Positions 1 to 11,379 of a DNA stretch of 32,000 nucleotides are shown here, piece by piece; the stretch's first letter is position 1; each line of letters opens with the position of its first letter. A program made the translations under genes and the position numbers. Origin of the DNA: Paramicrosporidium saccamoebae KSL3 (taxonomy: Eukaryota > Fungi > Cryptomycota). The notes under the pieces were generated by a model. That model was not told the DNA's origin. It was given only the letters and a program-made list of their open reading frames with translations, and did no database searches. The stretch lies in the NCBI GenBank assembly GCA_002794465.1, contig MTSL01000159.1, positions 31,298 to 63,297 of the forward strand, read 5' to 3'.

Positions 1-1031
1 TGGGGGTAGTAAATCCGTACCAAAATTCACCAAAGCCTCCCTCTTCAAGAATTAAACTGATGAATCCAGCCGATGGAGGGCGGTTAAACTCAATTTGTGT
101 AAAATCTTGCAAGTATTTAGATAATATGGCTGATCGATCGGTATCAGAGTATGACCCTGCTTTAACGACAGAACATAGGGCTCTTGCAAAGTCTGTTTGC
201 ATCAGCTGCTCCCCCGTACCTAATAGAGACAATCAGACAATCTCTCATAGCTTACCAGTTGTGCAGCAAGACATTTGTGCCAATCCTATGGCGCATTGGT
301 TGGTTATCCAAAATCCACAGCCTGGGACCGCAGAGTCACCAATACGTCCCGCCGTCTTCAAGGATATGCCTCCAGTACTCACTGCAACTGCCATTGCGCC
401 TTGTGAGTCAATTGCGATCGCGCCAACAGTGTCCTGTGTCTCTGCTTCATTGGGATCAGTGCTCGCTCCCAAGCTTGCTTTGTGCTTTTCATGCCTCTTA
501 ATCGAAGCTGGACTAACCATAGGACCTGAGAGCGGCTCAGAATGCTCATACGTTGTCAAGTTACGATCTTTTGCAAACTTCCAGGCGCCCCTGCCACACA
601 AGAACCTACAATGAGATACGCACACGGTTTGTGATACATTGGAGGTACTAACTTGGACCTAATTCTCTGCTCCTCTAAGACTTGACGGGCCAGAGAGATA
701 GGATTCTTCACATCTGCAGGGTAACAATTTTTAACAAAACTATACTGGGAACAGCCCCAACTGATCCAAACAATCTCGACTGTCCCTCCATGATGGCGGC
801 ATCACACTCCACCATACCATCCCAATTGAGGGATGAGCCAATTCCAGCATTCGTCAGTGGACAGTCTTCCAACATTTTGACTGCACCCTCAACTGTATCG
901 AGGGCAGATACTCCTATCTTAAGAGCATTTATAGCTGCATGACAGGCACGGTTACACAGCTCATTCATGGCGCTTTCATTAGCGTACGAATGCTGTCCTG
1001 CGCCTACGTGAACAGCAACAAACTCCTTCAT
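1..1031 (-). CDS. TASP1: Threonine aspartase 1 (Taspase1)-like Ntn hydrolase, 3'-partial (runs off the left edge), 3 short introns in the window
   Basis: Spliced translation MKEFVAVHVGAGQH...EDCPLTNAGIGSSLNWDGMVECDAAIMEG...NVKNPISLARQ...VPPMFLCGRGA...TQDTVGAIA...STGGISLKTAGRIGDSAVPGCGFW...TGEQLM. The Asp-Thr autocleavage site (QDTVG) is present. The first two introns are 32-nt GT-AG. Confidence 0.88.
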
Positions 1032-1058
1032 CCCACAAAGTCTCACCGCTTCAACTGG

Positions 1059-1088
1059 CCAATCAAGCGGCTCGGGGCCCTATTTAAA
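1059..1088 (+). promoter_or_regulatory. CCAAT box (1059-1063) and TATA-like element (TATTTAAA, 1081-1088) upstream of the candidate snoRNA
   Basis: Motifs read directly. The TATA-like element lies about 30 nt upstream of the first snoRNA hairpin. Function is inferred. Confidence 0.45.
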
Positions 1089-1114
1089 GGCAAGTTGCAG
1101 ACCCTGACCCCGGA

Positions 1115-1247
1115 CGAGCATTCTAGTGTACTGCGTTGGCCTGTGACCTGTGGCCTCCAGCTGAAGGATGCAGAATGCTAGATAAGTAGGTGACCGGAAT
1201 TTGGTGTCTGTGCTATATCACATTCTCCCATTACGGTAATCACACAA
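1115..1247 (+). ncRNA. Candidate bipartite box H/ACA snoRNA (rRNA pseudouridylation guide)
   Basis: Hairpin 1 lower stem AGCATTCT(1117-1124)/AGAATGCT(1172-1179); H box AGATAA (1180-1185); hairpin 2 lower stem GGTGACCG(1189-1196)/CGGTAATC(1234-1241); ACA at 1242-1244. The pockets are complementary to conserved SSU and LSU rRNA segments. Confidence 0.7.
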
Positions 1248-1308
1248 GCCTATCTTCAAAACCAAAATCAACTCATATAACAGTGTGCATGTATGTATAT
1301 AGCCAGAG

Positions 1309-1696
1309 TTACTTGTATCCGTATGGTGCGGTAGTTGGGAGCTCTACCTTTGTGTAGTGCGGGTAGAAGTGGACAGGGCGGCGGCATTCGTGCTTCTTGG
1401 AAAAGTACGTGTAGCGCTCTAAGGGAGACAAGTGTGAGTACCGTAAAGTCAGGTTTGCGCGGTCCTACGCATCAAGCAATCTTTCACAAGAGAGATACAA
1501 GTGCCTTCATTTCTAATCCAAGACTATTCAATATCGTCAAGGTATTTTCAACATTTTTAAGTCTTTCTCGGATATGGCTCTTTCGGGATTGACTCATCTT
1601 ATATGGCAGTTTGCTAATACTATAAAAATGCATAAAGTGGCAGTACCGTAAGTAACTACCAAGCGTGACACTGGAAGCTCTAAAAGGTCCTAACAT
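1309..1696 (-). CDS. MRPL31: Mitochondrial ribosomal protein mL60 (fungal MrpL31-like), 2 introns
   Basis: Spliced: MLGPFRASSVTLGSYLRKLPYKMSQSRKSHIRERLKNVENTLTILNSLGLEMKALDRANLTLRYSHLSPLERYTYFSKKHECRRPVHFYPHYTKVELPTTAPYGYK. Colinear with yeast MrpL31 motifs (MFGPFK...WKIPWRMS..QK.RQRERLRNVD...KDKYWTFDKK...RKGIHKVPKWTK). Intron 1 is 1614-1646. Confidence 0.8.
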
Positions 1697-1865
1697 GTCC
1701 GACAAACGTATAAATTCAGAACCAAAGTGCCGGGGGTCAGCCGTTAGCTTGCATCAACTGGTAAGACTTGTTCCACCTACTGTTGCTCCTTCCATCCGTC
1801 GTATGCATGGTGGATGGAGAATTCCTTTGCTACACATGGTTGAATGGTATTAACACAGTGTAGAT

Positions 1866-1943
1866 ATGCGTGCTAAGTGGGCCAAGAAGCGTATGCGCCG
1901 CTTGAAGCGGAAGAGAAGGAAGATGCGCGCTCGTTCCAAGTAA
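1866..1943 (+). CDS. RPL41: 60S ribosomal protein eL41 (25 aa), preceded by a probable 103-nt 5'UTR intron (1761-1863)
   Basis: MRAKWAKKRMRRLKRKRRKMRARSK*, near-canonical eL41. Upstream GTAAGA...TATTAAC...TAG intron signals. Confidence 0.97.
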   Translation: MRAKWAKKRMRRLKRKRRKMRARSK

Positions 1944-2073
1944 CAAGGGCAGCGCAAGCTCTAGCCGCCCAAGGCTGCATAAGTGTTAGCCATTAATAAA
2001 CTCGTGACAATTAGTATCCTCTTTGTGCGCTGGCAAGATAGAAAATGGCCGGGCTTGCTTGGGCGGTCGTCCC

Positions 2074-2723
2074 ATGATCCGTCAGTTCCGGTCCTTTGTG
2101 ACTGCTGTGAAGGGGCGGACCGTTGCCGAGTCGAATGCATCTCTCCTTGAGGCATTTTCACAAATTATCCGGAATCCACGTAATGGTGACAATAATGCAT
2201 TTCAAACAACGCCAATGTTGCGCTCTGCAAATGCACTGGTCCCGGCACCGGAGTTCAACGGGAAAGACGGAAAAGATGGAGAGCTGGTGTCCAACGAGTT
2301 TGGAGGCACTCGGTTTAGACCAGGCGATGTACTTTGATGTGTCTATCTGAGACTGTTTAGGTTTATTTACCGCAAGATATTACATTGGAAATGAAGGATT
2401 CAGTAGACACAAGACCCACAGTTGTTTCCCGCAACTTTGTTGATGTTTTTCGACGAAACAAGTACGATCTGTCGCGGATCCATCTGGTATGATTTTCGAT
2501 TATTTTGATGAAATTTGCAGAATGTGTCATGTTTGACGACATGCATCACTCCCTTGGGTAAGATTGCAAATCGAAAACGCTCCGGATTGTCGGCAAAATC
2601 ACAGCGACACATTGCGAGTGCGATTAAGCGGGCTAGACATATGGGTAATTTCGGATGCAGATTATCTAAAAGTTAGGGTTGATTCCATACATGCATCGTC
2701 CCTCACCTCCAAGACAAGGGTAA
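2074..2723 (+). CDS. RSM18: Mitochondrial ribosomal protein bS18m (Rsm18-like), 3 introns
   Basis: Spliced: MIRQFRSFVTAVKG...FRPGDVYLPQDIT...DVFRRNKYDLSRIHLNVSCLTTCITPLGKIANRKRSGLSAKSQRHIASAIKRARHMGLIPY. The bS18 core motif GKI..R..SGL.AK.QR.IA.AIKRAR.MGL.P is present, with a presequence-like N-terminus. Confidence 0.88.
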
Positions 2724-2798
2724 TAAACTATGAAATCAACATTGTCCGCAAGTATGTTCCGAGTTGCATAACATTACGCCAGGGCATCTGAGAGTTTC

Positions 2799-4128
2799 AT
2801 GTCGTTTACCCTTCCCTTAAAAAAGAAACATGCAACTGATAGTGACGCCGATAGTAAAGCTGTAACCGCCGACAGCGACAGCAACAAGGAAAAAGATATA
2901 GTGCGAGCTGCCGTCATGACAAAAGTCGACAACACGGACTGCCAGAGCGACTCAAATCCACCACCTCCCGCGCTTCCCGAGCTGTCATATGATGTGCCAA
3001 GCTGGGGCGGCGCACTTTCGCTGGATTTTCATTTTGAAGTATTAAAGAATGGGGCCATAGTCGACCAAGTCAGTCTACCGAGGGATACAGACTTTTGGGT
3101 GTGTGGACGAGCGCCCACCTGTGATTTGCCCATGGATCATGCATCTATTTCCAGACGGCATGCCATCTTGCAGTTCAGAAAAGGTAGAATACGCAACTTT
3201 TTTTAATTCTTTAGATGGTGCAATTTTCATTTTCGATTTGAATAGTCAGCACGGAACATTTGTGAATAAGACCAGAATTATTCCCAGGAGACATGTACCG
3301 GTTGAGGTTGGGTCTCAAGTTCGATTTGGAGAGAGCTCCAGACTCTACATTCTCCAGTCAGATGGCTTTGATCTAGACATTGAGCCTGAAGACGAGCCAA
3401 CAAAGACCAAGGAAGCTTGGGTGAATCCGGTCAAAACTTTGAGGGAGTGGTTTGAAGAGCAAGGGGCACGTCTCATATTTAAAAAAATAGCGACTGAAGA
3501 TTCAACGAATGCGGTGAATTTACAGGTTATCGTGCCTGCGGGCATTGGGAAGATTGAAGGAGATTTAACGTTTGAAGGTAGTGGCCCGACCAGGAGGGAG
3601 GCGGAGGTGAATGTTTGCGTGAATGCATGTCGAAGCCTTTCACAACTCGGTGAACTCGCCACCGACGTGGGGGTGGGAGACTGGGAAGAATGGAAACGTC
3701 AACGGCAGGAGGAGCAAGAAGACGAGGAGGACAGTTTTTATGATCGGACGTTAAAGCGTCGTTGTTTGGAGGAAAGTCCAATGACCGAAACGTCTCTCCT
3801 GGAACAGCATCGCAGTCTCCAAAATGCTCTCCTTGTCTTGAAAAGCCGTGTAGCTGATGTCGAACAGAATGTCTCGGCAAATTCCCACGGCACCGAGGAT
3901 GAGCTCGACCTTTACATGTCAGATCTCGAAAGTAGGCAGCGTTCAGATATAGTCGCGGATTTAAAGTCTGAGATGGCGAGAGCCAGTGAGAAACTCGATC
4001 ATGTCGAAAAGATCCTGCGGAGCATTAATCCTTTGCTATTCTGCAAGACGGCCGAGGGATCACAGTACGAAGTGACTGCACCCACTGAAGATGCAACGAA
4101 TCTTACCCCCAAAACCAAAGATTTATAG
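2799..4128 (+). CDS. Kanadaptin/SLC4A1AP-like protein (FHA domain, dsRBD-like domain, coiled coil), 1 intron
   Basis: YDVPSWGG...FEVLKNGAIVDQ...GRAPTCD..MDHASISRRHAILQF / DLNSQHGTFVNK...GSQVRFGESSRLYIL (FHA). NPVKTLREWFEEQG...GSGPTRREAEVNVCVNACRSL (dsRBD-like). DSFYDRT...DELDLYM acidic and coiled-coil region. Confidence 0.8.
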
Positions 4129-4161
4129 TCTAGATATTGGTAGATCATATGCAACTGTAAT

Positions 4162-4576
4162 TTATTTGTTCATCCTAAACTGCTGCCTTTGTTTCCTTGT
4201 CATTCTCTTGATCTTTCGGGAGTTGCTCACCGTTTGGGTAATTTCTGCGCGCTTCACATTTTCCTCCTTTCTCTTCTTATTCTCCTCTCTTCTCTTGCGC
4301 ATAATCTAGCATTAAATCAGATGGTAACTTGATATTGGGTACCTCTACTTTGGCAGCCTTAGCATCAAGAGCTTCCTTTTTCTGTAGTTTTTCGAGCTGC
4401 TGAACTTGCCTTTCTTCAACTTTCTGCCGCCACGACTTTAAGCTAGCGCCCCTAGACTGAACGTTCGAGGAGAGCCTACAAGTCAGTCACACATACCAAG
4501 AAACATACTTGCTTCCCATAGCTTTCCATGTGCGTCCGGATTTCCACTTGCCCAGAAACTTGCCGTCAGCCTCCAT
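4162..4576 (-). CDS. CGR1: rRNA-processing protein Cgr1/CCDC86-like, 2 introns (absent from the ORF track)
   Basis: Spliced: MEADGKFLGKWKSGRTWKAMGSKLSSNVQSRGASLKSWRQKVEERQVQQLEKLQKKEALDAKAAKVEIMRKRREENKKRKEENVKRAEITQTVSNSRKIKRMTRKQRQQFRMNK. Family motifs GK.KSGR.WK, SW..K..ER, EN..KAE..Q.I.N..K.KR..KKQ. Confidence 0.85.
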
Positions 4577-4966
4577 AGTTGTGACGACCCTGGCTAATCT
4601 GGATAAATCCTAAATCAGACCTCATGCCACGCAAATTTACGCGTGATTGCAAAGTTGGCAGCCAATTTTCCTAGTTCATTGTAGGCGAAGACCCTTTATT
4701 GGTATCCTTGATCCGTATATTGCGAATAGAATTATTTATAGTCTTACAACTTGACCATCAAGCCTTATTAGACACGGTATCCGCTTATGATTGGCGGCCC
4801 CAATCCAGATAGTTATCCCACAATCCAAGCTTGCCATATTGAGGGTGGCGGCCTACAAAAGCGGCAAATACTTTAATAAAGACGTCCTCTCCGTCTACTA
4901 GCAGGATCGTTGCGTTCGCATCTGCGTCCGCGCTCGCTTTATGGGCTAGTCCTCATGAATATACAC

Positions 4967-7900
4967 TTATGCCAATGTCCTTTGACCTCTCTCTGGATCT
5001 CGCATTCGATGGATCCGTACATCAGGTGCAGAGCGATACTCATCTCTAAATTGATAAAAGAAAGCGAAAGTCACAGTACGGAATGGCGTTTGGAGTGATC
5101 AGAATGAATTGAACCTTGCTGTTCCGAGCATGAGAGACCAGCAATTCTAGTATAAAAGCACGATTTACAGGATCCTAGAATTAGATAATGGCCACAAGAC
5201 ACAAGAGTACCATATAAACATCAAATTCATCCAAGCATCGGAGGGGAGTTGACATGGCTTGCCACAATGAGAAAAGAAAACAAGCAGTGCTATATGACTT
5301 TTCCCCTCCAGATAACTGTCGGACATCTCGATTCTCCACATTGTCAATCAGTGGATCAGCCCTTCGCCGTTTACTTGTGGGCTGTTGAGTCGGTTGGGTT
5401 GGCTCCTGTTGGCCCTGGGGAATAACACGGATATTCAATTCTCCATCACGATGGCGATATTCCAACGTTCCCTCGAATGATCTCGCATGGAGCATGAAAA
5501 TAAAATCCGAAGTACTGGCTTTACTGACGGATTTGCGGAAATCTTCCCATGCTCGCTGCCTTTGTTCAAGGGTTTTTGATAAAGAACTCACGAGATTGTC
5601 ATTGACCCTGATAGATTGCTCCGCAATCCTGTACTGGGACTTTTTAGCGTCAAGTTCCTGTCGGACTTTGACAGGATCGACCTTGCACGACTCATTGGTT
5701 CTTAGGAACTCTTCCTGAGCAGTCAACTCGGTATCAAGCTCTCGCACTGATCTACTGACACGCACTCTTGGACACATTTCGGTAGCTGACGCTGTCATGG
5801 TTGCTAGTTCGTTAGTCTTTTCACCAACTAATGTTTCGTGGCCAGTAATAGCGTTCATTTCGTCACTGAGCTGCCTCTGACACCGGTCCATGTCACGCTC
5901 CAAGCCTTTTCTAACCCGAACTGAATTTGAAATTTCTTCAATTCTCTCCTCATGGCTAGCACGGATCTCGCCAATTTTTTCATCCAATTTTTCGAGTCGC
6001 CTCGTAACCTCATTTTTTTCGCGCAATAGCTCTTGTTTTTGGCTCTCACTTGCCTGAAACTGTGCCTTCATAGACTCCATCTTGTGTTCGGTTCTACTTT
6101 TCTCCTCTTCAAACACACTTTGAGATGTGCTATTTTGTTCACTAAGCTCATCTTGAATTTTTCGTGATTCGGCCCTTATGGCCCGAAGATTATGTTCTGC
6201 CGACAATAGCGCATCTTTGGACTTTTCTAGCCGTCCCTGTGCATCACTGAGAAGAGCATTAGTCTTTTCCCAATCGCGAGTCACAACATTTTTTTCATGA
6301 TTGATTTCTTGCTGCTTCTTGGCAAGGTATTGGAGACGTTCCTCAGAATCTTCAAGCAGTCTCGGCTTTCTCGGATCCGAGTATAGTTGTGTCACTGAGA
6401 CACTGCGTGATCCTGCGTTGATTCTAGCCGTGGCGGTATAGATTGAATTGACGTTTTTCGGACGTTGTCGCATAGCCTGCATGGCCTCTTGCCGATCTTC
6501 TATCAAGACCTGGCTCTCTACCTGATTCAAGATTATCAGCATTTTTCGAATTATTGGGTTTCCAATATCAATTACATCAAGAGCCGTCACGAATCGTTTT
6601 TCGGGGAGGCCACGGGTTATGTCAATGTCGCCATCGAATTTGAGGACAACAACAGGATTGTCCAATCCGTGTCTTTTTAGGATACCCTGCATTGTGACTC
6701 GATCGTTGTGATCATTCACCACAAACGCCGTGGTACTGGTGTGAATGATAGCTTCCAAAGCAGTGGCCCATTTCTTATCCTTCAGGTTTATGTATAGGCC
6801 GGCGGGACCAATTGGTGTTCTTCCAAATGAATTCTGGCGTTTTTTAACTTCGTTCAAAACATCTGGCATCTTTTCCCCAAAGACCTTTATCCGATTTCCC
6901 TTGCAGAGCTCGGCCTGTTGAATCATTTTTTGCGTGTTTCCGAAAACAGTGTCTATGTGAGCCTTACGGTCCGCGATACCCTGCAAGTTTTCATTGTGGC
7001 TGGCTATCAGGGTCTTCAAACCCTCTTCCGTCTGTTGCTCATCAAATATCATTCCATTCAAGCGGATCTGGTCGCTTTCCAGTTTCTTTAATGCCAAGCG
7101 CAGCTGATCTTGACGATTTTCACCAGTGGTGCTACTTTCTTGTGCTATACGTGCATCTAATTCACTCAGCTGCTTTTCCAGGGCGATGACTTCAGTACTG
7201 ATTTGCTTTGCATCCGCCATTAATTCCGCCAAAGATTCTTCGTTAGATCGGATCAACCTCATCAAGTCACCCCTCTGGGCCAGTAAAGGGTCCAGCCGTG
7301 CCTTTTCTCCTCCCAAGGATTCTTCCAATTCTTTTATCTGAGATTCTAGTTTTACATGATTAATTTTGTAATCCTCAATTCGGTCCTTCATGTCAAGAAG
7401 GCCTAATTTCTTCTCTTCTAACTCATTCAGTAGCTTTTCATGTTCCTAAATGATTGTACCGACACATAAGCAACTCTACCTTTTCACGTTGCTGGATTAT
7501 GCCCCATGTAAGTTCTCCACGAAGTTGCTGAATGTTCTGATGAGCCGCCTTGAATCGTTCCAGATCAGCAAACTGCTGTTCAAGCCGTGTGATGCTATCA
7601 CGGAGAGGTTGCATGGACTATAGATTATAATTATGATGGCGATGCTTACGTTTCTCGATTGTTCCAAACGCAGCTTGGATTCATGGATTCTGTTTTGTGC
7701 AAAGGTATAATCAATGGTCATCTGTTCCAACTGGGTGGCCTTCATAAAAAACTATCAGTTGTAATTGAATTGGTTAGGATGTGTACTTCATACAGCTCCT
7801 TGGGCTTGGAGTTGGCCAGGAACCGCTTGGCCGTCTCTTGAGTTAGCACTGCGAGTGGATTATCAACTTGAATGCTGAAATGATCACAAATTGCAGTGAC

Positions 7901-8407
7901 TTCTTCTCGTCTCCCCACGACAAAGCGGCCATTTGCATCATATATTGAGTACGCATTTGCGCCTTCTCGACGAAAGGCACGTTCAATTGTAATATGGTCA
8001 CCGTAGGTGTCTGGCAGGTAAGGGTTATCACCTTGATTATTTAGCTTCACCTTGACCTTTCCCGACTGAGCACCTTCCCTTATCAAGGAATCAACACTTG
8101 TGGCACGTTGGGTAACACTGGCTCTCCCTCCAAGACACACAGTCAATGCAGTGAGAATTGCACTCTTCCCACTGCCATTGTTTCCAACCACAAAGTTAAT
8201 CTGCGGTTTGAATGCCACCAAAAGATGGCGATGACACATAAAGTCAATTAGCTCAATCGACTCGATGAATCCACTGCATGCCTGTTTCCTCGACTGAACA
8301 CTCTTGCTTAGCGTCTGGGCGGGCGCACCGACGTTCGAGTCCTCGTCGCTAGCTAGAGATACATCCGAACCTTCAGGCGAGGGCCGGGATTTTCTTTTGC
8401 GCGCCAT
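4967..8407 (-). CDS. SMC6: Structural maintenance of chromosomes protein 6, several short introns
   Basis: IESIELIDFMCH, Walker A GNNGSGKSAILTAL, NPLAVLTQETAKRFL, long coiled coils, hinge (PIGPAG...AFVVNDHNDR), signature LSGGEKSYST, Walker B CLDEFDVYM. The final exons reconstruct to QFILITPNAIP...RMRDPERGQRTLA* ending at 4967. Confidence 0.95.
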
Positions 8408-8678
8408 GATCAGGCGCCAGTCTGCTTCTTAAAACAAAATACATTTGTGAGGATTAGATAAGTACACAATAGACTAGGGGTGCGGTGAAAGCGCCGAGTG
8501 CTTGTCCAAACAGGAAAAGGAGAGTCAGAGGCGAATAACTAAAATATAGGCTCTCCAATGCTTGGGCACTAAGCTAGTGAGGTCATACCAGCTGGTAATA
8601 AACAGATCCTTGTCGTCCATTTAAATTGACGCCGTAGTCATACTCCCACCGTGTAACAAAAGAATCTTTACCTCGAGT

Positions 8679-9500
8679 TTATTCTTCGTCGTAAGAACAT
8701 GCATTAAACTCGGCCTTTAAAAGGTCTGTGATGCGATTGACTTCAGATTTTAATGCCGAAGGGGCAACAACAGAAAGGATCACGTACGATTTACCCTCAA
8801 CGGGCATTTTTGGATAACTTCCAATTTCAATGTGCTCCGAAGCCACCTGGGCTTGAATTTCACATAACCTTTTGGCAAGGACAGATTCCCGCTCATATGT
8901 CTTTACCAGGCGCCGGATTTTCGGCTCAGTTTTAAGGCCGCTCAGCGGGAGGTGATGCTCGAACCAGTTATCAACCATTGAGTGGAATAGCCGTGGAACG
9001 CCAGGCAATATTAGGACATTGTTGACACGAACTAGAGGGACCCACGAATCCGGTGTCAAATAAACCTGGTCTGGCGATGGGAGCAACGCCATCCGAAGTT
9101 GACCCTCATTTAGCTCCGACACTTTCATCAGCTCTTTCATTCGTGCCACAGTTTCATGGTGATGCTGCAACGGACGCCCAAATGATTTTCCTACTGATTC
9201 ATACGTCAAGTCATCGTGGGTTGGCCCTATGGATTAATAAATCGCTGGAATGGTTATCACCTATTCCGCCAGACGTGAATACCATAGAGTATGATTTTGA
9301 TAACGATGATATGGTCTCTGAAATAATGTCCACATCATCTGGAATCACGGCTATGTGGGCAAGACCAAGGCCGTAGGCAAAGCAGCGCTTGGCTAGCAAA
9401 TTAAAAGAACCCAACGTGTACCTAAATGGTTGGAGTTTGTATCAAGAGTCTTTCCATTTAAGACCTCGTTCGCGATAATGCATGCTGCCACTCGTGACAT
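8679..9500 (-). CDS. Stand-alone MoCF_biosynth/CinA-like domain protein (FAD pyrophosphatase-like, yeast FPY1 / FLAD1 N-domain family), 2 introns
   Basis: Spliced: MSRVAACIIANEVLNGKTLDTNSNHLAKRCFAYGL...VIPDD...VFTSGGIG(PTHDD)LTYESVGKSF...RMALLP...WVPLVRVNNVLILPGVPRLF...EIGSYP. Confidence 0.85.
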
Positions 9501-9877
9501 TTTGAGATTAGTCGAAAAATGCCGTCTGAATCGTTCCAGCGGGCGGATTGTCATTATCCAATCGATGGCAGATTTATAGTATTTTGAGTATCATATCCAG
9601 ATGGGCCACTGTCTATATTGAAGCTTATCCAATGCGTAGTGGGGGGATCACTACGGATAAGGCTATTTATTAGGTGGGAGGACAGGACAGGACGGGGCGG
9701 GGACGAGATGAGATAGGATGTGTTTATAAAATCAAGTGTTTGAGCACAAGCGCAATTGTCGCGTAGTCTTCCTATTGAATCCTTAACATTCTCGACAGAG
9801 AACCCGCCAATTAATTCACCCTTTCACCATAGCCTGTGCTCTTAAAGTCAAAGGTGGCCAAGACCAGGGAGAAGGAG

Positions 9878-11280
<1,403 letters not shown>

Positions 11281-11379
11281 CTCATGGGAGAGTTGGTATA
11301 TTATATAACAACAACAGGCCGGGGTTTCCAATAAAGAGGCCTTTACTTTTAACCTCATGCTATAAAATTAGTTAAAGTC

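Noticed and set aside
1138-1148. GCCTGTGAC resembles U5 snRNA loop I (GCCUUUUAC), with an Sm-like AATTTGG at 1198-1204
   Set aside because: The invariant U-run is broken and the flanks do not form stem Ic. The H/ACA model explains the region better.
8415-8670. Possible small hydrophobic ORF on the minus strand (…PLTLLFLFGQALGAFTAPLVYC) or structured RNA (GGTGC-GGTGAAA-GCGCC; GAGAGTC/GGCTCTC)
   Set aside because: The ORF needs a 20-nt intron, shorter than any other here. The RNA model lacks an ACA or D box and any target.
9622-9665. GCTTATCCAATGC resembles U1 stem-loop II
   Set aside because: No ACTTACCTG 5' end, no AUUGCAC loop and no Sm site in the correct order.
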